Below are positions 1 to 9,152 of a stretch of DNA of 64,000 nt, piece by piece. Below the pieces are notes generated by a model. That model was not told where the DNA came from. It searched no databases and saw only the letters and a list, made by a program, of their open reading frames with translations. Both the position numbers and the translations under genes were made by a program. This DNA is from Actinomycetales bacterium (lineage in GTDB: Bacteria; Actinomycetota; Actinomycetes; Streptosporangiales; Streptosporangiaceae). Where the stretch lies: the NCBI GenBank assembly GCA_044507605.1, contig JBIQJI010000008.1, positions 26,395 through 90,394 on the forward strand, in the 5' to 3' direction. Position 1 is the stretch's first letter, and each line of letters begins with the position of its first letter.

Positions 1-167
1 GGGGCGATGCCGGGCGGGGTCGCGGCTCGGCCTCGGTTCACGGGCGCGGGGTCCATGGGGACCGGGCCGGCGGGGGTTCCGTCCGCCGGCCCGGCATCTC
101 GCCCCGGCCGTCCGGTCGCGGCGGGTCCGGCCTCGCCGGACGGCGCTGTGGGGGTGAGGTACAGGGG

Positions 168-683
168 TCAGTGGGACATGTTCCTGCCGTCGCCCTGTTC
201 CATCATGCCGGAGCCGTCGCCGCCCATGGCGTGGGCTCCCTTGATGATGCCGCCGATCTTCTTCTGGAGGACGGGGAGCAGGCTGTCGGGGGCCACGCCT
301 ATCGCCCACTGGTTGCCCACCAGGACCGAGCCCCAGCCCTGTTCCTCGGCGGCCCAGCTGTCGAGGCTGGCGCTGGTGGGGAAGGTGTTGAGGAAGTAGC
401 GCTGCTTTTTGTCCTTGGCGTCGCAGTAGCCGGAGGTGATGTCCGACGCCTTGGTCTGAATGACCGGCGCACCGCAGCCGATGGCCTTGGCGAGCTGCTT
501 CATGTTCATCACCTTGGCCTGGGGGGCCGCGGCCGACGCGGCCATGCCCGGCACGGCGGCCAGTCCGCTCTGCCCGGCGGCGTCGGCGCCCGGCTGGCCG
601 CAGCCCACGGCGAGCGGGAGCGCGATGAGAGGGGCGGCGAACCGTGCGCGCTTGAGGAAGATGCCGGCGAGGTGATGTCTCAT
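168..683 (-). CDS. Putative secreted lipoprotein, function unknown
   Basis: ATG start. N-terminus MRHHLAGIFLKRARFAAPLIALPLAVGCGQ is a signal peptide with lipobox LAVGC. High GC3. Confidence 0.6.
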   Translation of the reverse strand: MRHHLAGIFLKRARFAAPLIALPLAVGCGQPGADAAGQSGLAAVPGMAASAAAPQAKVMNMKQLAKAIGCGAPVIQTKASDITSGYCDAKDKKQRYFLNTFPTSASLDSWAAEEQGWGSVLVGNQWAIGVAPDSLLPVLQKKIGGIIKGAHAMGGDGSGMMEQGDGRNMSH

Positions 684-737
684 GGGGTGGTTCTCCTCCG
701 CGAGGGCAGACGATGGGGGGGACGGACGCGGTACGGG

Positions 738-1373
738 TCACGGGGCGGGAGGCTGCGGGAGCTGACTGTGATCCACCAGTCCCGTGCTCTCCAGCAGCTT
801 CATGTGCTTGAGCACGAAGGCGTTGCCGACCTCGGCGAACGCGCGGATCTGGTCGTTGCGGGTGCCGGACCTGATCTGGGCGATGGAGGTGAACACCTGG
901 CCGTGGGCGAGCCGCAGCCGGTTGGCGAAGACCCGGTCGAACTGGGCGCCCGCGGGGGCGGCCTCCTCCTCGGCGAGCCAGGCCTGCTGGGCTGGGCTGG
1001 CCTGGCTGGGCAGCACCACGCCGAACTGGCCGGCGAGCGCGCGTACCTGCTCGTCGAGTTTCTGGTGGTCGGCGGCGAGGATGCGGCCGACCTCCTTGAC
1101 CTTCTGGTTGCTGGACTTGGTCTGCGCCATGGTGCCCGACGGGATCTCCCACAGCCCGGCCTGCCGGATCTTGTACAGGAAGAGCCGATCGGCCGTCGTG
1201 AAGGGGCCCGACTGGGTCTGCGCCAGGACCGCGGGGTCGCCGCCGGTGCCCAGGGCCGGCGCCGCCTGCGGCAAGATCACGATGATCGCGACCGTGGCCA
1301 CGACCAGAAAGGCTGCGACCAGCAGTAACTCGACGACCTTGATGCGATTCGTGCCTTCCACGATTACGACCAC
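738..1373 (-). CDS. DUF4142 domain-containing membrane-anchored protein
   Basis: N-terminal TM helix (VVELLLVAAFLVVATVAIIVIL). DUF4142-like pattern ADRLFLYKIRQAGLWEI...VKEVGRILAADHQKLDEQVRALAGQFGVVLP, repeated in the C-terminal half. The GTG start at 1373 is uncertain; an alternative GTG lies at 1361. Confidence 0.7.
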   Translation of the reverse strand: MVVIVEGTNRIKVVELLLVAAFLVVATVAIIVILPQAAPALGTGGDPAVLAQTQSGPFTTADRLFLYKIRQAGLWEIPSGTMAQTKSSNQKVKEVGRILAADHQKLDEQVRALAGQFGVVLPSQASPAQQAWLAEEEAAPAGAQFDRVFANRLRLAHGQVFTSIAQIRSGTRNDQIRAFAEVGNAFVLKHMKLLESTGLVDHSQLPQPPAP

Positions 1374-1506
1374 CTTCGGCTACTCAGACCTTTTCCCGCT
1401 GGGAGGTACGCCGGGATTCGCGGATCGGTTCACCCAAACCGCGAAGAAATATTGCTTCGTACGAAGTGGCTCCTTTTATGCGTATCGGGCGGTCTTTGAT
1501 GGCACT

Positions 1507-2067
1507 ATGTGGGGCGTGCAGCGTTACCGCAGCATTAGCCCCCAGGAGGCGGCCGCCGAAGGCGACCCGGAAGAGCAGCTGATTACTGCGCTCTACCAGG
1601 AGTTTCGCGGCCCCCTGCTGAGAAACGTGCGCAGACTCACCGGCGGCGATCTGCAATGGGCGGAGGACGTCGTCCAGGAGACGGTCTTCCGCGCCTGGCG
1701 CAACGCCGGACGACTCAACCGCGAGCCCGGCCTGCTGTGGGCCTGGCTCATGACCGTGGCCCGGCGCATCGTCATCGACGGCCGGCGGCGGCGCAGCGCA
1801 CGCCCCCCCGAGGTCGAGCCCGACGGCCTGGAGACGGCGTGGGTGCCCGACGCGTCCGACTCGACACTGTCGTCGATCGTGGTCTCCGAGGCGCTCATGA
1901 CCTTGTCGGAGGAGCACCGGGAGGCGCTCCTGCAGACCTACCTACGCGATCGCACCATCAACGAGGCGGCGGCCATACTGGGAGTGCCACCAGGCACCGT
2001 CAAGTCTCGTGTCTACTACGCCCTCCGCGCCCTGCGGGGGGCACTGAAGGAGAGAGGGATGCCCTGA
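1507..2067 (+). CDS. ECF (sigma-70 family) RNA polymerase sigma factor
   Basis: Region 2 (LYQEFRGPLLRNVRRLTGGDLQWAEDVVQETVFRAWR) and region 4 HTH (EHREALLQTYLRDRTINEAAAILGVPPGTVKSRVYYALRALR). ATG at 1507 is in frame with ORF 784..2067, whose upstream part overlaps the divergent gene. Confidence 0.85.
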   Translation: MWGVQRYRSISPQEAAAEGDPEEQLITALYQEFRGPLLRNVRRLTGGDLQWAEDVVQETVFRAWRNAGRLNREPGLLWAWLMTVARRIVIDGRRRRSARPPEVEPDGLETAWVPDASDSTLSSIVVSEALMTLSEEHREALLQTYLRDRTINEAAAILGVPPGTVKSRVYYALRALRGALKERGMP

Positions 2068-2068
2068 C

Positions 2069-2767
2069 ATGTTCACCCCTCCTCGATTCGAACCTCACTT
2101 CGAGGTGGCCTCGTACGCCCTCGGCGTGCTCGACCCCGCCGACAGCGAGGCGTTCGAAAGTCACCTGCTCGAATGCATGGAGTGCCAGGCCGAACTGCTG
2201 GAACTGCACGAGATCCCGGCGGCCCTCGACCTGATCAAGAGCGGCCCCGCGCCCACGCCGGCGCCGCGCCGCACCGGGGAGGCGGCCGTCGCCACGCTCC
2301 TCGACCGGGTGGCGAGACGGCGCCGCAAGCGCACGCGGGGGCTGTGGCTCGCGGCCGCGGCGGCCGTCACGCTGACCGCGCTGACGCCGCTCGCCGTGCG
2401 CGAACTGTGGCCGGCGCAGCCCGGTGGCGGGCAGGTCGCCGCGCAGACCTTCACGGCGTACAGCCCCGACAAGCACGTGCAGGCGATGGTGTCGCTCAGC
2501 CCCAAGGACTGGGGCACGCAGGTGTCGTTCGAGCTGAGCGGGGTGAGCGGGCCGCTGCGGTGCACGCTGGTGGCCGTGTCGCGCTCCGGCGAGACCGAGA
2601 CGGTGATGAGCTGGCAGGTCAAGGAGGGCCAGGGATACGGCGTGCAGAACAAGCCCGAGCCGCTTCGCCTGACCGGCGGCACGTCATTCGACAAGTCGCA
2701 GATCAAACGTTTCGAGTTCCGCACCAGTGATGGTCCGGATCTGCTGGACGTGCCCGCGTCCGGCTGA
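2069..2767 (+). CDS. Anti-sigma factor (zf-HC2 type), single-pass membrane protein
   Basis: Starts 1 nt after the sigma-factor stop. Has the H-x3-C-x2-C motif (ESHLLECMECQAEL) and a central TM helix (GLWLAAAAAVTLTALTPLAV). Confidence 0.75.
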   Translation: MFTPPRFEPHFEVASYALGVLDPADSEAFESHLLECMECQAELLELHEIPAALDLIKSGPAPTPAPRRTGEAAVATLLDRVARRRRKRTRGLWLAAAAAVTLTALTPLAVRELWPAQPGGGQVAAQTFTAYSPDKHVQAMVSLSPKDWGTQVSFELSGVSGPLRCTLVAVSRSGETETVMSWQVKEGQGYGVQNKPEPLRLTGGTSFDKSQIKRFEFRTSDGPDLLDVPASG

Positions 2768-2969
2768 CCGGTAATACCATTCTTCCGCGTTTTCTCCGGC
2801 GACCCGGATAAACGGACACAACGGACACGACGCGCGTCCTGGTCGATGTGCGAGCAACTGCCCGATTTGTGCATTCCAGGCGGTCGCTCGCCCATTTCAG
2901 GCGCTTTTCGCCGTGTTTCCGGCCGTGTCGCCGCACCCGCCGATCGGCCGATCCGAACCGGTGCCGCCC

Positions 2970-3794
2970 TCAGCGCCGCACCTCCGCACGCAGCGAGGCC
3001 CAGAACTCGGCGTCCAGCGCGCCGTCCGCGGCGGCGCCGGGCTCACGGACGGGCCGGGTCCTGAGCCCGGCGATGCGCCGGCCCACCGGAACGACACGCC
3101 GGCCGACCGGGACGACGCGCCTGCCCACCGGGACGACCCTGGTGCCGGCCGCCTTCGGCCGCATCGTCGCCACAAGGCGGACCACGAGTCCCAGACCGAC
3201 GGCGGCGAGACAGGCCGAGTAGCTCAGCCCCACCCACAGGGCGGCCGGACGGCCCGCCGTCAAACCGTGGACCAGGGCGATGGGCCAGCACAGGTAGGCG
3301 GTGCTGTGCATCAGCCGCCAGATCCACGGCCGGACGTCCGCGAACCGCACACGGGCCAGCCCCGTCACCGTGACCGCGAGCCAGATCAACGCCGCGAGCG
3401 TGCCGAGACCGACCGCGACCCGGGTCCCCACGAACGGCACGAACGCACTGATCACCGGCGCCGCACCGGCGACGATCTTGAGCAGGACGTGGATTCCGAG
3501 GAACCCGAGGGCGACGAGAGTGATGATCCGATGGGCCACCTGAAAGACGATGCGGAGCCGAATCGACAGAACCAGCCGGTCGGTGGCGGCGAGCCCCCAC
3601 ATGACCGTGCAGCTCAGGCCGACGAGCGCGAACACGCCCGAATAGAACTCGAGAAAATTCTGCACGGACGCCAGGAGCCCGACGCCTCGCACAGCGACAC
3701 CGACGACCATGGCCGCAGCCGCCAGCCCCCCGCTCAGGAGGAGCGTGGGGACGCTCGACCGTCGCGGGGTCGTTACCACTCGCATTTCCTTCAT
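2970..3794 (-). CDS. Polytopic membrane protein, possibly ferric-reductase-like (b-type haem) transmembrane component
   Basis: About 6 predicted TM helices with paired histidines (FQVAHRIITLVALGFLGIHVLL; LMHSTAYLCWPIALVHGL). The family call is by eye only. Confidence 0.5.
   Translation of the reverse strand: MKEMRVVTTPRRSSVPTLLLSGGLAAAAMVVGVAVRGVGLLASVQNFLEFYSGVFALVGLSCTVMWGLAATDRLVLSIRLRIVFQVAHRIITLVALGFLGIHVLLKIVAGAAPVISAFVPFVGTRVAVGLGTLAALIWLAVTVTGLARVRFADVRPWIWRLMHSTAYLCWPIALVHGLTAGRPAALWVGLSYSACLAAVGLGLVVRLVATMRPKAAGTRVVPVGRRVVPVGRRVVPVGRRIAGLRTRPVREPGAAADGALDAEFWASLRAEVRR
3078..3140. repeat. Tandem 21-bp repeat x3 inside the 3' end of CDS 2970..3794
   Basis: Copies are ccggcccaccggaacgacacg / ccggccgaccgggacgacgcg / cctgcccaccgggacgaccct. 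They encode RVVPVGR x3 on the minus strand. Confidence 0.85.
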
Positions 3795-3969
3795 CCCGTC
3801 CTCGTGAGAGGGGAACCGGCAGTGAGGGTGCCTGTCCGGGGCCTCCGGAACCTGCGCATGAGAACACTAGCGTCACCGCGGACACTCTGGTACCAGAACG
3901 TTATGAAAAGTCGGTGATCTTGCGAAACCCACCTTTCGACCGGTCCGTGCTCGGGGCTCGGTGTGGGCG

Positions 3970-6309
3970 CTATGGCCGTCGCGGCCGGGCGGCGGCCCGT
4001 CGCGTGCCGGTCGTGCGGGCCGTGAGGAGCAGCAGCAGGCCGAGGAAGACCACCACGGCGCCGAGACCGCCGATCAACGCGCCCGCTCTCTGGTCGGCGG
4101 CGAGCGCGGCCGACTCGGCGGGCAGGCCGCCGCCCGCCCTGCCGCCCCACATGAGACCGAGTTCGCGGTACCAGGCGGCCCCGACGAGCGGCCCGTTCGC
4201 CAGGGCGGCGGCGCAGAGCACGTGAACGGACAGGCCGGCGAGGAGCAGCCGGGCCCGGGCCCGGGGGCTCACCCGGACCGGATGCGGGTCGGCCGCGAGC
4301 GCCACCCGGAAGTACAGAAAGCCGGTGCCGAGGAAGACGGCCACGGTCAGCAGATGGGCGGCCTTGCTCCACTGGGCCACGGTGTACCAGCCGGTGAGGT
4401 AGTAGACCGCGAACGGCGCGGCGTAGCAGGCGAACACGACCTCCGGCCGGGCCGCCCACGACGACCTCCCCGCCGCCAGGCCGCGGCCCCACCCCATGCG
4501 GGCGGCGAGCGTCGCGGGGGCCGCGTAGACGAACAGCACGGGTGCCAGAACGGTCACGACGAGCAGTTGCGCCTCACCGGCCGAGAACATCGCCCGCGCG
4601 TACGACCCGACGCCGCCCACCAGCACCGCCGTCAGCACGGCGAGCCCTCCGAACCAGACGAGCGTCCGCTCCCCCGGCCACGTTCGGCCCCGCCGTCGCA
4701 GGGCGCGGACCCCCATCGGGTACGCCACCGCCGCGCACACGAGCAGGGTCAGCACGAGCGTGTCGGGACGCCACTCGGCGAACAGGCGCGACAAGGCCGG
4801 CCCGGGCACGTCGTACCCGAGCCGCAACCCGATCCACGTCGGCTCCGCCTCACCCGGCGGCGGCGCGCTACGGGACAAGGCGACGGCCAGCCCGACGGTC
4901 GCCGCCATCACGACGGCCTCGCCGGTGGCGAGCCGCAGGAACGGGCGCGCGGCGCGGCCGGTCACGAGCGCGGCGATGGTGCGGCGCCGATGCAGCAGGC
5001 CGAACAGGCCGAGCACGGCCAGCGCGACGATCTTGGCGGAAAGCAGCAGGCCGTACCGCGACGTCCACAGCAGGCTCACCGAGTCGAGCCGCGTCCACGC
5101 CTCCACCAGGCCCGACACGGCCGCCGCCGCGAAACAGGCCGACGCGAGCGCGCTGAACCGCGTCACGACCACCGGCAGCTCACCGACCGGGCCCCCGGGC
5201 ATGCCCCGCAGGCAGAGCAGGATGGCGGCCAGGCCGCCCACCCACAGCGACACGGCGACGGCGTGCACGATCATCGCCGACACGGCCGCATCGTGGTCCG
5301 CCGACGACGCCGAATGTCCCGTGTAGACCGGCGGCACCAGCGCGAACACGGCCGCCCCCAGGGCCACCGCGCCGGCCTTCCGCCCCGCGCCGGGTACGGC
5401 TCCCTGTGCCGCCCGGCCGGAGGCCCGCCGGACAAGGCCGGGCGCCTTCCGGGCAAGGCCGGGCACCCGCCGGGCGAGCAGGGCCACGGCCGCCGCGGCC
5501 ACCAGCACGAGGACGTACGCCCGGCACTGCGGGATCGACCAGGCGTACCCCAGCACGCCGGGAGCGGAGCCCAGCCGAGCCGGCGGCACCCCAAGGATGT
5601 CGGCCAGCGTGAGCACCACGGCCAGCAGCGCGGCCACCGCCCAGCCGACGGCCCAGCCCGAGGCCGCCCGCACGCAGCGCACCGCGGCCGAGACCCCGTC
5701 CCGGGCCGAACCCGCAAGCCCGTCTTCGGCCGCTCCCGGGGAGTCATGCCTGCCCGGGGAGTCATACGTGCCCGGGAGGTCGTGCGGGCCTGGGGAGTCA
5801 TGCGGGCCCGGGAGGTCGTGCGTGCGGGCCGGGATCAGCAGCAGGCCGGTGGTCAGGGCGCCGACGGTGAGCATGCCGCAGGTGTCCAGGATCAGGCGGG
5901 TGAGCGGCAGGCCCCACGTGACGAGAGGACCGGCCGCCGGCAGCCCGAGGACGCCTCCCCTGGTGCCGCCGCCGAACCACAGCGCGAGCAACAGGACGCC
6001 GACCGCGCAGCCCGCCGCCAGGAGGTGGTACCGGTACCGCCGGAGCCGCGTCCAGGCCGGGGCCCGGTCGGTCCAGGTCTGCCTCCGGGCCCGGTCGGTC
6101 CAGGTCCGGCTCCTGGCCCGGCCGGGTTCTGTCCGGCTTCGGATCCGGTCGGTCCGGGCTCGGCTCTTGGCCCGGCCGATCCAGGCGCGGCTCCGGATCC
6201 CGTCGATCCAGGTCCGGATCCTGGTTCGACGGCGCTCCGGGGGGACGGCCTCCTCCCGGTCGCCCTGCAGGTCGCCGGGGGTCACCGTGGCCGTTCTTCT
6301 CACCGCCAT
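3970..6309 (-). CDS. Bifunctional copper resistance protein CopD / cytochrome c oxidase assembly factor CtaG-like membrane protein
   Basis: More than 12 TM helices. The N-terminal half is CopD-like and the C-terminal half is caa3-CtaG-like (LTLLVCAAVAYPMGVRALRRRGRTWPGERTLVWFGGL...). ATG at 6309 is in frame with the long ORF 3970..7575. The start is uncertain because the 5' part is repeat-rich. Confidence 0.7.
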   Translation of the reverse strand: MAVRRTATVTPGDLQGDREEAVPPERRRTRIRTWIDGIRSRAWIGRAKSRARTDRIRSRTEPGRARSRTWTDRARRQTWTDRAPAWTRLRRYRYHLLAAGCAVGVLLLALWFGGGTRGGVLGLPAAGPLVTWGLPLTRLILDTCGMLTVGALTTGLLLIPARTHDLPGPHDSPGPHDLPGTYDSPGRHDSPGAAEDGLAGSARDGVSAAVRCVRAASGWAVGWAVAALLAVVLTLADILGVPPARLGSAPGVLGYAWSIPQCRAYVLVLVAAAAVALLARRVPGLARKAPGLVRRASGRAAQGAVPGAGRKAGAVALGAAVFALVPPVYTGHSASSADHDAAVSAMIVHAVAVSLWVGGLAAILLCLRGMPGGPVGELPVVVTRFSALASACFAAAAVSGLVEAWTRLDSVSLLWTSRYGLLLSAKIVALAVLGLFGLLHRRRTIAALVTGRAARPFLRLATGEAVVMAATVGLAVALSRSAPPPGEAEPTWIGLRLGYDVPGPALSRLFAEWRPDTLVLTLLVCAAVAYPMGVRALRRRGRTWPGERTLVWFGGLAVLTAVLVGGVGSYARAMFSAGEAQLLVVTVLAPVLFVYAAPATLAARMGWGRGLAAGRSSWAARPEVVFACYAAPFAVYYLTGWYTVAQWSKAAHLLTVAVFLGTGFLYFRVALAADPHPVRVSPRARARLLLAGLSVHVLCAAALANGPLVGAAWYRELGLMWGGRAGGGLPAESAALAADQRAGALIGGLGAVVVFLGLLLLLTARTTGTRRAAARPRRP
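5735..5824. repeat. Tandem 18-bp repeat x5 within copD/ctaG-like CDS
   Basis: Unit cccgggGAGTCATGCctg and variants. Encodes HD[LS]PG[PTRA] hexapeptides in a predicted loop. Confidence 0.75.
6062..6223. repeat. Tandem 27-bp repeat x6 in the 5' region of copD/ctaG-like CDS
   Basis: Six consecutive 27-bp units (gcccggtcggtccaggtctgcctccgg and variants). In frame, encoding Arg/Thr/Trp-rich nonapeptides (RSRTWTDRA-like). Confidence 0.75.
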
Positions 6310-6605
6310 CCGGGCGGGCCTCCTCTTCGCCCTTGTGGTGCGGGCCGGGCCCGCACCCGCACGTCGTCTCGCCGCCGCTCCCCCGAACGGCCCCGCTTGT
6401 GCTCCTCTGCGGTCGCTTTCCGCCGGCCTCCTCCGCCGGCCCCCTCCGCCGGCCTCCTCCGACGGGGTCCTCCGACGGGGTCCACACCGCCGTGGCCGGG
6501 TGCGGGAGACGGCGACACCGGCCGCAGAGGGTTCCGCGCAACCCTGCCGCGGCCGGCCGGCCGTGGTCCGCTCCCCGCCGGATCGGTCAGGGGACCGGGC
6601 CGGGG

Positions 6606-7781
6606 TCAGTAGCCGTAGCCGTAGCCGCCCGACTTGCCGCTCTTGTGGGCGGACGAGCCGCTGGACCCGCTGGAGCCGCTGGAGCCGGCCGGGCGGATCA
6701 CGCCGAGCAGCCCGTGCTGGACCTTCTGGATGCCGGCGGAGAACCAGATGCTGCCCTCGCCGCCGTTCTCCTTGGTGCCGGGCGCGAGGTCCCACAGGCC
6801 CTCGATCGCGATGGCCCGGCCGTCGGAGCGGCGCAGCGCGCCGAGGTAGCGGCCGTTGTGCGGGTTGTAGGCGTTGATCCAGCCGTCGCCGAAGTTGCCG
6901 ATGAGCAGGGCGCCGGAGTAGGCGCCGAAGTTCTTCGGGGCCAGGGTCACGGCCCAGGGGGCGTTGAGGTGGCCGCGGCTGACCAGGCGGCGCACGAACC
7001 GGCCCGAGGGGGTGAAGGCGCTGATGAAGCCGCGTCCCTTGCCGGGCACGACCTTGCCGGTCTTTTGGTCGCGGAGCGCGAAGACCACGACGACCACGTC
7101 GCCGACGATCTTCACGTTGTACGCGCTGTAGCCCTTGGGCAGGAAGGGGTCGCGGAAGGCATGGTGGCGCAGCTTGACCTTGCGGAAGTCGCCGTCCCAC
7201 ACGTCGACACGGTTGTGCGCGAAGTCGGCGCCGAGCAGGAAGTTGCCCTTGTTGGTCTCCATCAGGGCGAGGCCCTTGTAGTCGGCGTTCCTGGTGAACG
7301 CCGAGATGATCGCGTTGTTCGGATCGACTTCCGCGTTCCAGCCGGTGATCGCGCCGCTCGGGCTGGAGAAGATGAACGTGGCCGGGCCCTTCCCGCCCTT
7401 GCCCTTGATGGTGAAGTCGTCGGAGGTGTTGATGACCTGGCCGGTCGGCGTACCGCCCGGGATCCACACCGTGGTGGGCGTCTTCTTGATCGATCCCTGG
7501 CCGCCGGTGTAGACGGTGGCCGTGCCGGTGCCGGCGTTCGCGACCCAGAGGGTCTTGCCGATCGCGATGCCCCACGGGTTGACGAGCTTGGCGTCGGTGA
7601 GCGGGGCTTTGCCCTTGATGTCCGAGACAAGGGCGATTTCGTCGTACGCCTTGCCGCTCGTCGTGGACGTGCTGTTGGTTGATGTGCTGCTTGACCGCTC
7701 AGCGGCGGCCTGCGCCGGGACAGTACCGGTGATGCCCAGTGCAAGCGCCGCTGCGCAGAGCGTGACGATGCGTGGCCGCAT
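6606..7781 (-). CDS. TIGR03118-family secreted beta-propeller-like protein
   Basis: Signal peptide MRPRIVTLCAAALALGITGTVPAQAAA. Family-typical segment LVSDIKGKAPLTDAKLVNPWGIAIGKTLWVANAGTGTATVY. Low-complexity GSS/GYGY tail. ATG at 7781 was chosen inside ORF 6606..7838. Confidence 0.7.
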   Translation of the reverse strand: MRPRIVTLCAAALALGITGTVPAQAAAERSSSTSTNSTSTTSGKAYDEIALVSDIKGKAPLTDAKLVNPWGIAIGKTLWVANAGTGTATVYTGGQGSIKKTPTTVWIPGGTPTGQVINTSDDFTIKGKGGKGPATFIFSSPSGAITGWNAEVDPNNAIISAFTRNADYKGLALMETNKGNFLLGADFAHNRVDVWDGDFRKVKLRHHAFRDPFLPKGYSAYNVKIVGDVVVVVFALRDQKTGKVVPGKGRGFISAFTPSGRFVRRLVSRGHLNAPWAVTLAPKNFGAYSGALLIGNFGDGWINAYNPHNGRYLGALRRSDGRAIAIEGLWDLAPGTKENGGEGSIWFSAGIQKVQHGLLGVIRPAGSSGSSGSSGSSAHKSGKSGGYGYGY

Positions 7782-7976
7782 CAGGCCTCCAATGTCAGTG
7801 GCATGCGCATCGAGTTCGCACGATTGGGGGTGCCGCATGCGTGTGGTGCGGGGGTGTGTCGCCCCGCGCGAACTCCTACGACGCGAGATACGCCGCCGTC
7901 GCCGGGCCGGTTCAGCGGGACCCGCGGAAAATTTCAGCCTGTTCCCGGGCCGGGTTTCACCCGGCCGGAAAAGGGC

Positions 7977-9017
7977 TCAGCACGCGCCGCTGAGGTAGCG
8001 TTCGGCCAGCTCACAGCCGCCGATGGTGTAGCCGGCGCCGAGTTCGCGGGCGATGTCGGCGACCGGGTGCGTGCCGATCCAGGCGATCAGCAGCAGGCGG
8101 CGGAACAGGACGAACGTCCAGATCTCGGCGGCGTCCTCGTCGGACAGGTGGAGCACCGACCGGTAGCCGCGCAGCCACGAGTCGAGCATGTCGGGCACGC
8201 GCGGGTCGTGCTCGATGAAACTGACGGCGGCGCCGAAGTCGTACATGAACCAGCCGAAGCCGCAGTCGTCGAAGTCGATCACGCTCGTGCCCTGCGGCCC
8301 GTCCACCAGCAGGTTGGCCAGCCGCAGATCGGCGTGGATCAGGCCGTACCTGGCGGGATCGCGGCCGTACCGGGCGAGGCGTTCGCGCAGGGTCTCCTCC
8401 AGCCGCGACAGCACGGCGGCGGCCTCACGATCGACCCCCACGCCGTCACGCCACCGGCCCCAGCGCGCCTCGCGGCCGAACGCCGCCTCGAAGTCCCAGT
8501 GGAACCGGGTGAACCCGGGCGGGCGGCGCCAGGTGCGCGCATGCCGATGCATACGCGCCGTCATGGCCCCCAGCTCCACGAAGTCCTCGACCAGCCGATG
8601 CTCCGGCGGCTGCGTGCCCGGCAGGAACTCGAACATCACGCAGTGTCGCGGCTCCGCCCCGGGGTCGTCGACCCGCACCACCCGCGACCCGTCGGCCGCG
8701 GGCACGATCGCGGGCGTACGCACCCCGGCGTCGCGCCGCAGCGCATCGACCCAGTCCAGCTCGGACCGGATCGCGTCGATCGGATGGTAGCCGAGCCGAT
8801 GCACCCGCAGGATGGTGGTGCCGGCCGCGGAGTCGACCCGGAACGTTGCGTTCTCCGACACGTTGATCAGGGTCACCTCGGCGTCCGGCGGCAGGTCGTA
8901 GCGCCGCAGCGCGCGCCGGGCCACGCCGGTCACCCGGCCGAGCACCCCGTCGCCCGACAGGTCGTGCGGCGTCGCCGCGCCGCCCACCGGGATCGCCTGG
9001 TCCGAAACCATGGTCAC
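7977..9017 (-). CDS. Phosphotransferase enzyme family protein (APH / homoserine-kinase type II-like)
   Basis: Catalytic loop GLIHADLRLANLLV and metal-binding VIDFDDCGFGW, characteristic of the APH/ChoK fold. Start is GTG 9017 or ATG 9011. Confidence 0.8.
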   Translation of the reverse strand: MTMVSDQAIPVGGAATPHDLSGDGVLGRVTGVARRALRRYDLPPDAEVTLINVSENATFRVDSAAGTTILRVHRLGYHPIDAIRSELDWVDALRRDAGVRTPAIVPAADGSRVVRVDDPGAEPRHCVMFEFLPGTQPPEHRLVEDFVELGAMTARMHRHARTWRRPPGFTRFHWDFEAAFGREARWGRWRDGVGVDREAAAVLSRLEETLRERLARYGRDPARYGLIHADLRLANLLVDGPQGTSVIDFDDCGFGWFMYDFGAAVSFIEHDPRVPDMLDSWLRGYRSVLHLSDEDAAEIWTFVLFRRLLLIAWIGTHPVADIARELGAGYTIGGCELAERYLSGAC

Positions 9018-9152
9018 GAATCGTACGGGACACGCCTCGTCCGGGACACGCCGGCGTCCGCCTCGCCCGGGCCGATCGATCTATGACGTAGATGGATACA
9101 CATGACAACCATGTGTTGGACTCATCGGTGTGGCGTGTTGCAGGATCGAGCC

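Noticed and set aside
7-399. 130-aa plus-strand ORF at the window start
   Set aside because: It overlaps the better-supported minus-strand lipoprotein gene (168..683) and is low-complexity PGA-rich. What 1-167 encodes cannot be decided from this window.
2075-2110. tRNA-like GGTTCGAATCG (T-loop-like) on the minus strand
   Set aside because: The flanking bases do not form a T-stem or acceptor stem, and the sequence lies within the anti-sigma factor coding region.
3961-6612. 883-aa plus-strand ORF, and the similar giants 28091..31669(+), 22130..24643(-), 53202..56120(-), 56171..58276(-), 58586..61471(+), 61857..63554(+), 32569..34764(-), 12120..14615(-) upstream part and 15010..17247(+)
   Set aside because: These are shadow ORFs of a very high-GC genome. 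Their translations are Arg/Pro/Gly/Ala low-complexity with no motifs. The opposite strand or an alternative frame carries proteins with clear family signatures.
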